The position numbers were made by a program, and so were the translations under genes. Below, piece by piece: positions 43,897 to 53,077 of a DNA stretch of 64,000 nt; position 1 is the first letter of the stretch, and each line of letters starts with the position of its first letter. The notes beneath the pieces were generated by a model, which worked only from the letters and a program-made list of their open reading frames with translations, had not been told where the DNA came from and ran no database searches. Source of the DNA: an uncultured Actinomycetota bacterium (GTDB lineage Bacteria; Actinomycetota; Actinomycetes; Mycobacteriales; Mycobacteriaceae); the NCBI GenBank assembly GCA_963817825.1, contig CAWFQG010000028.1:3354-67353 (forward strand). Direction: 5' to 3'.

Positions 43897-44274
43897 AACA
43901 ATGGCTCCACTTCTCTCGGGTCGAAATATTCGTCGATTCGCTCTATCAGGCCGTCGGTCGCCCACCTTAATGACGATGCAGACCCGCATTTCGATCGATC
44001 CACCGTTGCGGCCGGTGGCATGGAGGATGTGCTGCTGAACGAAACCGCCGTCGAAAAACTGCCGGTCGAGTATCTCGTAGCGCCGCTCGGTGGTGGTGTT
44101 CATGAACCAGAAGATGACGCGCAGCGCTCGTTTCTTCGCCTGGTCCTCGGGTTCGGCGGACTTCCACACCACGACGTCGTCGTCCCAGAGTGCCGCGACC
44201 GCATCCGCGTCGCCCGCCTCGATAGCGGCGAACAGTCGGTCGGCGACGCCGGCGACGGTATCAACGGCGGTCAT
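43893..44274 (-). pseudogene. SnoaL/NTF2-like protein; +1 insertion reads it through in frame into YceI
   Basis: The shifted frame after about 43957 gives the expected end DGLIERIDEYFDPREVEPLL-TGA overlapping the YceI GTG. Confidence 0.75.
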
Positions 44275-44295
44275 TCAATACCTCCTCGTGCTCAG

Positions 44296-44326
44296 TTGAC
44301 CTGAAGTTCGGTTGAGGTACAACACT
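44296..44326 (+). promoter_or_regulatory. MerR/SoxR-type promoter-operator
   Basis: TTGACC (-35), dyad CCTGAA-GTTCGG-TTGAGG (44300-44317), 19-bp spacer to AACACT. Confidence 0.6.
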
Positions 44327-44332
44327 GACCTC

Positions 44333-44962
44333 ATGGATACGACTTCTGCCATCTCCATTTTCGAAGAGTTCTATCGGTCGAGTACCCCGCCGTGGGTGAT
44401 CGGCGAACCACAACCCGCGATTGTCGAGCTGGAACGGGCGGGGCTGATCAAGGGCAAGGTGCTCGACATCGGCTGCGGAACGGGCGACAACACGATTCTG
44501 CTCACCCGGCTGGGCTACGACGTGCTCGGCATCGATTTCGCGCCGCGGGCCGTGGAGCAGGCCCGACGGAACGCCGAGGCCGAGGGCGTTGGCGCGCGCT
44601 TCGAGGTCGCCGACGCGATGAATCTGGGTCACGAGCCGCGCTACAACACCATCGTCGACAGCGCGCTGTTCCACATCTTCGACGAGACCGACCGGCCCAA
44701 GTACGTCGCCAGCCTGCATGGCGCGTGCCAACCCGGCGGCATCGTGCACGTGCTCGCGCTGTCCGATGCGGGCCGCGGATTCGGGCCGTCGGTGAGCGGG
44801 GAGGTCATTCGGGAAGCATTCGCCGACGGGTGGGTGCTGGAGTCGCTGGAGCCCTCGACCTATGGCGGCATCGTGACCGAATTGCACGCCGACGCGCTCA
44901 ACCTGCCTGTCGGCACCCGTCTCGACGAGCCTGCGTGGCTCGCCAGGGCTCGTCGCGTCTGA
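44333..44962 (+). CDS. Class I SAM-dependent methyltransferase (Rv0560c/TPMT-like)
   Basis: PPWVIGEPQP, VLDIGCGTG, GIDFAP, IVDSALFH. Confidence 0.9.
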   Translation: MDTTSAISIFEEFYRSSTPPWVIGEPQPAIVELERAGLIKGKVLDIGCGTGDNTILLTRLGYDVLGIDFAPRAVEQARRNAEAEGVGARFEVADAMNLGHEPRYNTIVDSALFHIFDETDRPKYVASLHGACQPGGIVHVLALSDAGRGFGPSVSGEVIREAFADGWVLESLEPSTYGGIVTELHADALNLPVGTRLDEPAWLARARRV

Positions 44963-44979
44963 TTCAAACGACACAAAAC

Positions 44980-45345
44980 TCACTTGCCCTCGTCATAGCC
45001 GGGGTGTGCAACGGCCAGCCGGTGACGCACCAGCGTGCGTAGGCACGGCAACACCTCGACTGCCCTGCCGTCGAGTTCGCCGGCGCGGATGGCCGCCGCC
45101 AGCTGGGCCTCGTCGTCGAACCCCAGGTCGCCCAGCGCCGCGGTGACCTCGCCCGCGGTCTGATCGAGCAGTTCGCGCTCGACGGTGCGCAGCACGTTGG
45201 CGGCGACGCGGGCGTGGAAGGACACCTGCCCTGCGTCGACGAGCCGACCATCAGGCCGGAGCGCCTCCCGCACATCGCCTTCGAGGAAGTCGGCGACGGC
45301 CGCGACCAGTTCGGCGGCGGTGGGTCGCCCGTACATCGAGCTCAC
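44980..45345 (-). CDS. Small helical protein, DUF6285/LvaB-like
   Basis: 'GRPTAAELVAAVADFL...FHARVAANVLRTVEREL...LAVAHPGY'; GTG overlaps the kinase stop. Confidence 0.75.
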   Translation of the reverse strand: MSSMYGRPTAAELVAAVADFLEGDVREALRPDGRLVDAGQVSFHARVAANVLRTVERELLDQTAGEVTAALGDLGFDDEAQLAAAIRAGELDGRAVEVLPCLRTLVRHRLAVAHPGYDEGK

Positions 45346-46301
45346 CGTGGGCCGCCTCCCTCCAGCAGGTCGAGCACGTCCCATTCGGTCTCGCTGACGC
45401 GTCGCCCGATCGCGGCCAGCTCGACCGACGGGGTCTGCCCGGACAGATGGCGCTCGGCCTGAAACCGGCAGATGACGCCCCAGCGCAGCGTGGCCACGGT
45501 CAGCCACCACCGGAACGCGTCGCGGTCGACGGTCACACCGGCAGCCTCCTCGTAGGCGGACAGGAAGCTCTCGACGCTGCCGAGGCCGCCTGCGCCGAGC
45601 GCCTCGGGCGCGCCGAACCGCCATGCCCTGATGCAGAACCAGGCCAGGTCCTCGTAGACCTCGCCGATGTGGACGAGTTCCCAGTCCAGGACGGCGGCCA
45701 GGCCGGACTCGTCGACGATCAGGTTGCCCATCCGGAAATCGCCGTGCACCAGCCGCGGCGGTGTCGGCGGCGGCCGATGTGCGGCCAGCCACCGAAACGC
45801 CCACTCGAAGGTTGCGGTGGTGTCGCCCATCTCGTCGAGCCGGTCGCGCCACTCGGCCAGTTGTTCGGTCTGTGCAAGGCCGATCCCGTCGGGGTCGGCA
45901 CGATGGATGGCCGCAAGTGCCTGGGCGCACTGCCGCAGCAGCCGGTTGCGCCCGGCGTCATCGAGGGCGCGCTGGATCCGCCTGACGATCGTCTCGCCTT
46001 CGATGGCGTTGCAGATCAGGTACGGATTGCCCAGTGCAGCAGCCGAATTGTCGGCCGCCAGGATATCGGGGACCGGCGCCCCTGCCGCCGCCGCCCGCTG
46101 CTGGACGGCGGCTTCGAGTTCCATGGCCGCGTGCACGTCGTCGGGTGGGCCGGTGCGAAGAATCAGAGCCTGTCGGGTGCCGTTGGCAACCGCGTCGAAC
46201 GCCCACGTAGTGCGGCTGGCCCCGCCCGTCAGGGTGCACAGGTTCTCGATGCTCACCTCGCCGATGACCGGCCGGAGAACTTCTGCGAGTTGGTCATTCA
46301 C
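45342..46301 (-). CDS. APH-family phosphotransferase (LvaA/ACAD10-kinase-like)
   Basis: LTGGASRTTW, HGDFRMGNL, LDWELVHIG. Confidence 0.9.
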   Translation of the reverse strand: MNDQLAEVLRPVIGEVSIENLCTLTGGASRTTWAFDAVANGTRQALILRTGPPDDVHAAMELEAAVQQRAAAAGAPVPDILAADNSAAALGNPYLICNAIEGETIVRRIQRALDDAGRNRLLRQCAQALAAIHRADPDGIGLAQTEQLAEWRDRLDEMGDTTATFEWAFRWLAAHRPPPTPPRLVHGDFRMGNLIVDESGLAAVLDWELVHIGEVYEDLAWFCIRAWRFGAPEALGAGGLGSVESFLSAYEEAAGVTVDRDAFRWWLTVATLRWGVICRFQAERHLSGQTPSVELAAIGRRVSETEWDVLDLLEGGGPR

Positions 46302-47536
46302 TTGCGGCCGAATCCGAAGAGCCGCTGCGCCACTCGGCGGATCTGGATCTCTTCTGCGCCCTCGGTGATCCGGTAGCGCCGGTGATGGCGGTAGATGTGC
46401 TCGAACGGCTCATGCCTGCTGTAGCCGACGCCACCGAATACCTGCATCGCCCGGTCGGCGGCCTCGCACACCAGCCGGTTGGCGCGATAGTTGGCCATCG
46501 ACACCTTGTCCGACACTTCCATATGGTGGTTGCCGTCGAGTTGGGTGGCCGCGTAGTACACCAGCAGCCGCACCATCTGCGCCTCGGTCTGCAGCTCCAC
46601 AAGCGGCCACTGCACCGCCTGGTTGACGGCCAGTGGCTTGCCGAACACGTTGCGGTCGTTGGCGTATCCGACGGCGCGGTCGATGCAGTACTGCGCGGCG
46701 CCCAGGCTGCTCGCTGCCTGCCGAATCCTGTTCTCATGCAGGAACGTCTGCCCGACCTCGAGGCCACGGTCCACCTCGCCGAGCACGGCGTCGCCGGGCA
46801 CTCGGACGTCCTTGAGCTCGACCTCACCATGGTCGGTAGGCATGTTGAACGTCCACCAGTAGTACGGCACGGTGAATCCGGGCGTGTTCGTCGGCACCAG
46901 GAACGCGGTGATGCCGCGGGCCTGGCCCGGCTCTCCCGAGGTGCGTGCGAAGACCAGGTCGTGTGTGGCCCTGTGCACACCGGTGTTGAACCGCTTGGCG
47001 CCGTTGATGACCCAGCCGTCGCCGTCGGCCTCGGCGCGTGTCTCGAGCCACGTGGCGTCGGACCCGTGGTTCGGCTCGGTCAGCCCGAACGCCATCGACC
47101 GCTCACCGGTGATCAGCGCGTCGGTCCACTCCTGCTTCTGCGACTCGGTGCCAAACCGGTCCATCATGATGACCTGCGGGAAGTTGCCGACGATCGACGA
47201 CTCGTCCTGCAGGTCATTGTGCAGCCCGAGGCCCTTGTGCGCCAAGTGTTCCCGGATCACCGCCATGTCGATGTTGGTGCCGTCACGGCCGCCGAAGCGC
47301 GACGGCAGCCCGTATCGTAGCCAGCCCGCCTTGTCGGCACGCCTGCGCATCTCGCCGAGCAGGTCCTCCCACTCCCGCCGCGGGATTCCGTCGTTGTCCC
47401 AGTCGGTGCGGGCGTTCTCGCGACGCTGGTCGAAGTACTGGATGTTCTCCCGTTCCAGCGGCTTGATCTCCTCTTCGATGAAGGCATCCATTTCGGCGAG
47501 TAGGCCCGGAAGGTGCTCGGGGAGAGCGAAATCCAC
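46298..47536 (-). CDS. Acyl-CoA dehydrogenase family protein (LvaC/ACAD11-like)
   Basis: GLTEPNHGSDA, RITEGAEEIQ. Confidence 0.9.
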   Translation of the reverse strand: MDFALPEHLPGLLAEMDAFIEEEIKPLERENIQYFDQRRENARTDWDNDGIPRREWEDLLGEMRRRADKAGWLRYGLPSRFGGRDGTNIDMAVIREHLAHKGLGLHNDLQDESSIVGNFPQVIMMDRFGTESQKQEWTDALITGERSMAFGLTEPNHGSDATWLETRAEADGDGWVINGAKRFNTGVHRATHDLVFARTSGEPGQARGITAFLVPTNTPGFTVPYYWWTFNMPTDHGEVELKDVRVPGDAVLGEVDRGLEVGQTFLHENRIRQAASSLGAAQYCIDRAVGYANDRNVFGKPLAVNQAVQWPLVELQTEAQMVRLLVYYAATQLDGNHHMEVSDKVSMANYRANRLVCEAADRAMQVFGGVGYSRHEPFEHIYRHHRRYRITEGAEEIQIRRVAQRLFGFGRK

Positions 47537-47554
47537 GTTGATCTCCTTGTGTCG

Positions 47555-48157
47555 TCAGAACCCGTACAGCGTCTTCTTCCAGATCGTCGAGAGCGTCGCG
47601 ATGGCGTCTTTGTCGCCGATCTCGACGCCGAGGCCGGACCGGCCGACGAAGACCGTGGTGAAGTTCTCGAACAGCAGCGCGATCGCGGCGGCCGTGTGCT
47701 CCGGGTTCAGCTCGGCGCCGTGGCCCTGTTCCTGGGCCCGGCGCACGGAGGCCGCGACGATGTCCATGCCGAAGCGCCGAAACTCGTTCTGGACATCGGC
47801 GAATCGCTGTTGGGTCGCGGCCAGCTGGGCGACCGCGATCATGATCCCGATGTTCTGCTTGAACATGTTCCAGTAGCCGGTGACGACCGACGTGAAGAAC
47901 TCGCTGTCATCGGGCGAGTCGGGCAGCGGCACGCTCAACCCCGACGGTGTGACGATGTCGCGCAGGAAGGACTCGGCCAACGCGGCCAGCAGGTCCTCCT
48001 TGTCGTCGAAGTAGCGGTAGAACACCGCCGGTGACTTGCCCGCCGCCGACGTGATGTCGGCCAGCGTGGTGCCGTGAAAACCGCGCTCGGCGAACAGCTT
48101 CCTGGCCGCCTGCTCGATGGCGTGCCGGGTCTGGCGGCCCTTGGGCGTGAGTGACAC
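47555..48157 (-). CDS. TetR/AcrR regulator
   Basis: TTLADITSAAGKSPAVFYRYFDDKEDL HTH. Confidence 0.9.
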   Translation of the reverse strand: MSLTPKGRQTRHAIEQAARKLFAERGFHGTTLADITSAAGKSPAVFYRYFDDKEDLLAALAESFLRDIVTPSGLSVPLPDSPDDSEFFTSVVTGYWNMFKQNIGIMIAVAQLAATQQRFADVQNEFRRFGMDIVAASVRRAQEQGHGAELNPEHTAAAIALLFENFTTVFVGRSGLGVEIGDKDAIATLSTIWKKTLYGF

Positions 48158-48160
48158 GGA

Positions 48161-49069
48161 CTATCCGGCCTGCAGCCGGTCGCCCGCGCGCAGCAGGGCG
48201 CCGGGCAGCTCGTGCCCGACGGCGGCCTGCGCCACCTCGGCCGCCGCGATCGCGGCCTGTAGGTCGACGTCGACGTGGATTCCGCTGTCCCGCAACAGGT
48301 ACACCAGGTCTTCGCTGGCGATGTTGCCGCTGGCGCCCGGGGCGAACGGGCAGCCGCCGAGGCCGCCCACCGAGGCGTCCAGCCGGGTGATGCCGGCGCA
48401 GACGGCGGCGTACGCGCTGGCCAGCCCGGCTCCGCGGGTGTTGTGGAAGTGTGCGCCGAGCGGGATGTCGCCGATCAACGGGCGCACCAGGGCGACCAGG
48501 TCGCTGACCCGTTTGGGCGTCGTGGTGCCGATGGTGTCCGCGATCGCCAGCCGGTCGACGTCGTTGTCGCGGGCCGCCGACACGATGTCGAGCACCCGCT
48601 GGGGTGGGGTTGGGCCGTCGAACGGGCAGTCCCACGCGGTGGCGACGATGACCTCCACCGTGGCCCCGCTGTCGTGCGCAATGGCGATGATGTCGGGGAT
48701 CTGCGCGGCGGCCTCCGCGGTGGACCGGCCGACATTGGCGCGGCTGTGCCCGTCGGCCGCCGACACGACGTACTCGATCGATCGCAGGCCGGCCGCGATG
48801 GCCCGCTTGGCGCCGTTCGGGCTGGCCACCAACGCCGAGAACTCGACGCCGTCGTAGTTGGACAGTTCTGCGGCGAATTCGGCGGCGTCCGCGAGCGCGG
48901 GCACCTTCGTCGGCGAGACGAACGCGGTGGCCTCGACCTCCTTCACGCCCGTCGCGACGATCGCCTCGAGCAGTTTGACCTTGTCCGCCAACGGAATCGG
49001 GTCTTCGATCTGTAGGCCGTCACGCAGTGCGACTTCGCGGATGACGACATGTGTTGGTAGCTGGCTCAT
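48161..49069 (-). CDS. HMG-CoA lyase-like (DRE-TIM) enzyme
   Basis: REVALRDGLQ, HFHNTRG, GLGGCPFAPGASGN. Confidence 0.9.
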   Translation of the reverse strand: MSQLPTHVVIREVALRDGLQIEDPIPLADKVKLLEAIVATGVKEVEATAFVSPTKVPALADAAEFAAELSNYDGVEFSALVASPNGAKRAIAAGLRSIEYVVSAADGHSRANVGRSTAEAAAQIPDIIAIAHDSGATVEVIVATAWDCPFDGPTPPQRVLDIVSAARDNDVDRLAIADTIGTTTPKRVSDLVALVRPLIGDIPLGAHFHNTRGAGLASAYAAVCAGITRLDASVGGLGGCPFAPGASGNIASEDLVYLLRDSGIHVDVDLQAAIAAAEVAQAAVGHELPGALLRAGDRLQAG

Positions 49070-50271
49070 ATCACGCCCGCCTCTCTCAAATTCTCCAACT
49101 CGCGCTCGGACTTGCCGAGCAGGCCGCCGTACACCTCGTCGTTGTGCTGGCCAGGCCGCGCCGGGCCTGCATTGCGGATGGTTCCCGGGCTCTCGGAGAG
49201 CACCGGCACCACGCCGGGCCCGAGGACGGTGCGACCGATTCGTTCGTCGAAGTGGTCGGCGAGCATCCCGCGCGACTGCAGCTGCGGATCCTCGACCACC
49301 TCGGCCACGGTGTTGATAGGCCCGCTGATCACGCCCGCGTCAGACAGGGTGGAGATGATGTCGTCGGGGCTGCGCTCGGATGCCCAGTCGCCGATGATCT
49401 TGTCCAGCTCGTCTTGATTGCGCCCGCGCGCAACGTGATCGGCGAAGCGGTCGTCGGTGGCCAGTTCCGGCTGGCCCATCGCCGCACACAGCCTGCGGAA
49501 CACGGTGTCCTGGTTGGCGGCGATCACCACCCAGCTGCCGTCCGCGGTCGGGTAGATGTTCGACGGCGCGATGCCCTCCAGGCGGGTGCCCGACGGCCCG
49601 CGCACCACACCGCCGACGTCGTAGTCGGGAATGGTCGACTCCTGCACGGCCAGACAGGATTCCGTCAACGCGGCATCGACTACCTGCCCCTCGCCGGTGA
49701 CGGTGCGTCGGTAGAGTGCCGCCATCGCGCCCTGTGCGGCGAACATTCCCGCCAGGCTGTCGCCAAGCGACAGCGCGAGCCGGGGCGGGGGTCCGCCGGG
49801 GAAGCCGTTCATGTGGCGCAGCCCGCTGGCCGCCTCGGCGACCGAGGCATAGCCCGCCTTGTGTGACTCGGGCCCGGTCTGGCCGTAGCCGGAGACCCTG
49901 ACCAGGATGATGCCCTTGTTGCGGGCCTTGAGCGTGTCGTAGCCGAGGCCCCATTTCTCCAGCGTGCCCGGCCGGAAATTCTCGACGATGATGTCGGAGC
50001 GCTCGACGAGGTCGAGGAAGAGCTCGCGACCCGCGTCCCCGCGCAGATTCAGTGTGACGGCTTTCTTGTTGCGGGCGTGCACTGTCCAGAAGAAGTGGTG
50101 ACCGTCGAGCTCTGCCTGACCCCAGGTGCGCAGCGGGTCTGGGGCGCCAGGCGGCTCGATCTTGACGACCTCGGCGCCCATGTCGCCAAGTAGCCGGCCT
50201 GCGAACGGGCCGGAGATCAGCGTGCCGACCTCGATCACGCGGATGCCGTCCAGCGGGCCGGTGGGTGTCAT
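49066..50271 (-). CDS. CaiB/BaiF class III CoA transferase
   Basis: GAEVVKIEPP, ARNKK, ENFRPGTLEKWGLGY, GDSLAG. Confidence 0.9.
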   Translation of the reverse strand: MTPTGPLDGIRVIEVGTLISGPFAGRLLGDMGAEVVKIEPPGAPDPLRTWGQAELDGHHFFWTVHARNKKAVTLNLRGDAGRELFLDLVERSDIIVENFRPGTLEKWGLGYDTLKARNKGIILVRVSGYGQTGPESHKAGYASVAEAASGLRHMNGFPGGPPPRLALSLGDSLAGMFAAQGAMAALYRRTVTGEGQVVDAALTESCLAVQESTIPDYDVGGVVRGPSGTRLEGIAPSNIYPTADGSWVVIAANQDTVFRRLCAAMGQPELATDDRFADHVARGRNQDELDKIIGDWASERSPDDIISTLSDAGVISGPINTVAEVVEDPQLQSRGMLADHFDERIGRTVLGPGVVPVLSESPGTIRNAGPARPGQHNDEVYGGLLGKSERELENLREAGVI

Positions 50272-51500
50272 GCCGAGGTCCCCGTGAACCCGTGCCTACT
50301 CAGCCAGTCCGTGCAGACACCGACGGCCCGGCGCAGCGTCACGCGCTGTTCCGGTCCGGAGTAGTAGTGGTTGGCACCGGGTATTTCGTGCATCTCCTTG
50401 TCAGGATGCCCGATCGCGTCGAACAGCCGGTGGGTATGGCTGGGAGTGCACGCGTCATCAGCGAGGTTGCCGATGACCAGGGTGGGCACAGCGATGTCGG
50501 GTCCGCACTTCACCGCGTCACCGTGGGCGTCGTCGAAGCTCCACTGGGACAGCCAACTGCGCAGGGTGCAGAACCTGGCCAGCCCGACGGGGCTGTTGTT
50601 CACCCACTGCGGGTCACCGAGGTAGGTCATCTGCGGTGCGCGTTCGTTCGGGTCGACGGTCGGGTCGAGCCAGCGCGGGTCGGCCATGGTGCCGTGCACA
50701 ACGAACGAGTACTCGTCGTCGGGTCGACCTGCGGCCTTCAACTCGGCGAGTTTCTCCTTGACCCACTTGGTGATTCGCCGGTTGCGCGCGAGCTGCGCGT
50801 CCCGGTAGCGCTCCAGGAACTCGGCCGTGTACGGCGGCTGGTTAGGGTTGTCGGGGTTGTAGAGGTCCAGCTCGGGATCGCGCTTGGACGGGTCGGATTC
50901 GTCGAGAATCGACGCGTCCATCCACTCGGTGAGCGTGCCGTGGCGGCTGACGTGTGCGGCCAGCAGCATGATGCCGTCGGCCGGGATGAGACCGAGCGTG
51001 GTCAGGTCCGGGCCGTCGCCGGACGGGCTCGCGGTGATCGTCGGCTTCTGCGCCTGCTGCTGGTAGAACACCGACAGCGAGCCGCCGCCGCTCCAGCCGG
51101 CCAGCACCACCTTGTCGTAGCCAAGCCGGTTCTTGGCGTCCTTGATGCACTCGCCGAGGTCTTCGACGACCTTCTCCATCAGCAGCGCGGAGTCGGTGCC
51201 GCGGAACCGGCTGTTGCAGTAGATGACGTGATGCCCGGCGCGGGCCAGCGCGTTGATCATCGGAAGGTAGGCGCCGCCACCGATGGGATGCATGAACACC
51301 AGCACGGTATTCGATGTCGCCGCCGTGGCGGCTCCGGCGGCAGACGGCTCTGGGCTCTTCGGCCGCAGGAGATAGCTCTCCAGCACCACCAGCTCCGCCA
51401 CGCCTCCGTACACGTCGCGGACGGCCGAATTGTTCTGGTAGGCAACAAGGTAAGGGATGCGGTCGTACTCGTGGCGCACGGGTGTGTCGGTCGCGGTCAT
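50268..51500 (-). CDS. Alpha/beta hydrolase
   Basis: MHPIGG, GWSGGGS nucleophile, DDAC, ANHYY. Confidence 0.85.
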   Translation of the reverse strand: MTATDTPVRHEYDRIPYLVAYQNNSAVRDVYGGVAELVVLESYLLRPKSPEPSAAGAATAATSNTVLVFMHPIGGGAYLPMINALARAGHHVIYCNSRFRGTDSALLMEKVVEDLGECIKDAKNRLGYDKVVLAGWSGGGSLSVFYQQQAQKPTITASPSGDGPDLTTLGLIPADGIMLLAAHVSRHGTLTEWMDASILDESDPSKRDPELDLYNPDNPNQPPYTAEFLERYRDAQLARNRRITKWVKEKLAELKAAGRPDDEYSFVVHGTMADPRWLDPTVDPNERAPQMTYLGDPQWVNNSPVGLARFCTLRSWLSQWSFDDAHGDAVKCGPDIAVPTLVIGNLADDACTPSHTHRLFDAIGHPDKEMHEIPGANHYYSGPEQRVTLRRAVGVCTDWLSRHGFTGTSA

Positions 51501-52603
51501 CAGTGTTGCCCCAGATCGTTGGCCAGCACCTCGTCCGACGGGACCAGCCGTCGACGGGTGTCGATAGCGATCACCGACCAGTCGACCCTGTCGTAGTCGT
51601 CGAACTTTCGCCGTGCCCGTTCGCGCGCCTTCTCCGGTGCACCGTGGTGAACGCCTTGTGGCGCATGCGAAATCAGGCCGGGCGGCATCGGAATGCCGTA
51701 CAGCGTCCCGCCGTGGAAGAACGCGATCTCGTCGTAGTCGACATTGCGGTGATACCAGGGTGTGCGTTCGGTACCGGGCACGCTCTCGGCGGGTTTGGGC
51801 AGGAAGTTCATCACGTAGACGCCGGTGGCCTGCATGAAGAGGTGAACGGTCGGCGGCAGGTGCACGCTGTCGGAGGTCACCACGTTGTAGTCGGCGATAT
51901 TGAACGTGAAGGCGAAGTTGTCACCGCGCCAGCCCTCCACGTCGAGCGGATTGTGTTGGTAGAACAGGGTTGTCGGGCCGCCGTCATGAATCAGCCGAAC
52001 CTCGTACTCGCCGCGGTCGTCGTCCTCGATCGGCGCGGGGTCGGGGATGACAACCTGTGACGGGTCGAACGGGAAGTGGCGCCCGAGGGTGCCGGGCGGT
52101 GGCACGCGGAGTTCGTCGGTGGCCTGGATGAGAAGGAGTGTCGACGCTCCGTCTCCTCCACTGTCCGGCACCTGGCGGAACGTGCAGGCCTTCGGGATGT
52201 ACACCCAATCGCCTTCGCGATAGCGCAGCGGGCCGAACTCCGTCTCGAGAAGGCCGGAACCCTTGTGCACGAAGGACAGCAGATCCCCGTCCACGTAGCG
52301 GACGAAGAACGGCATCGGCTCGGTGCGCCGCGAGAGCAGCACCTGGCAGTCGGCGTTGGAGAACAGCAACATGGGCCCGCCGGCGGCATCGGTGGCATCG
52401 CTGGGCTTGAGCTCGCTGGCCAGCACGTCGACCGGCCGCAGCGGCCCGGAGCTCCGGTAGGCGGTGGGGTCGTTGCGGCGGTACATGTTGGCCGTTCGGC
52501 CAGTGAATCCACCGCGGCCGAGCTCGTCGTCCTTCAGGCCGTCCAGGTCGGCGTGTAGTCGCCGCGGTGTTGTGCCTTTTCGCAGGTGAACAAACGATTC
52601 CAT
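51500..52603 (-). CDS. Homogentisate 1,2-dioxygenase-like cupin
   Basis: 'RYVDGDLLSFVHKGSG...TEFG', iron-ligand region PWYHRNVDYDE...HHG. Confidence 0.8.
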   Translation of the reverse strand: MESFVHLRKGTTPRRLHADLDGLKDDELGRGGFTGRTANMYRRNDPTAYRSSGPLRPVDVLASELKPSDATDAAGGPMLLFSNADCQVLLSRRTEPMPFFVRYVDGDLLSFVHKGSGLLETEFGPLRYREGDWVYIPKACTFRQVPDSGGDGASTLLLIQATDELRVPPPGTLGRHFPFDPSQVVIPDPAPIEDDDRGEYEVRLIHDGGPTTLFYQHNPLDVEGWRGDNFAFTFNIADYNVVTSDSVHLPPTVHLFMQATGVYVMNFLPKPAESVPGTERTPWYHRNVDYDEIAFFHGGTLYGIPMPPGLISHAPQGVHHGAPEKARERARRKFDDYDRVDWSVIAIDTRRRLVPSDEVLANDLGQH

Positions 52604-52635
52604 GGTCGCTCCTACCGAGGGTGCGGGCGGAAAAG

Positions 52636-52655
52636 TAAAACTGACTTTAGTTTTA
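52636..52655. promoter_or_regulatory. Operator-like inverted repeat upstream of the dioxygenase operon
   Basis: TAAAACT-GACTTT-AGTTTTA, AT-rich, about 33 bp upstream of ATG 52603. Confidence 0.65.
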
Positions 52656-52677
52656 TCAGATGATGGCGTCAACGCCG

Positions 52678-53067
52678 CTAGTCGGTCAGATCCACCCGGA
52701 TCGTGAGCAGGTTCGTGCCGAAGGTGCGCACGCCAACGCTGTTGAACTGGGGCAGCGAGCGCAGCCGTTGGTGCGGGTCGTCGTCGGGGACCAGGTGGGC
52801 CGTGCCGTTGTGCCATCGTCCGCCCAGCCTGACCCGCACGTCCGGGTTGGCCTTGATGTTTTTCACGTATTGCGACTTCTCACCGAACTCGGAGACGAAC
52901 CAGAACTCGTCGCCGACCCGGCTGCCGCCGAGCGGGGTGCGGCGCGGCTGGCCCGACGCACGTCCGGTCGTCTCGAGCAGGGTCTGGATGGGTAGCCGTC
53001 GCATCAGCGGGTTGGCCACCCGCTTCTGGAACCCGTTGGTGATGCGGTCGCGTAGCTCACCGGCCAT
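52678..53067 (-). CDS. Deazaflavin (F420)-dependent nitroreductase family protein
   Basis: LLETTGRASGQPRRTPL, YVKNIKANPDVRV. Confidence 0.85.
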   Translation of the reverse strand: MAGELRDRITNGFQKRVANPLMRRLPIQTLLETTGRASGQPRRTPLGGSRVGDEFWFVSEFGEKSQYVKNIKANPDVRVRLGGRWHNGTAHLVPDDDPHQRLRSLPQFNSVGVRTFGTNLLTIRVDLTD

Positions 53068-53077
53068 GAGATTCCTT

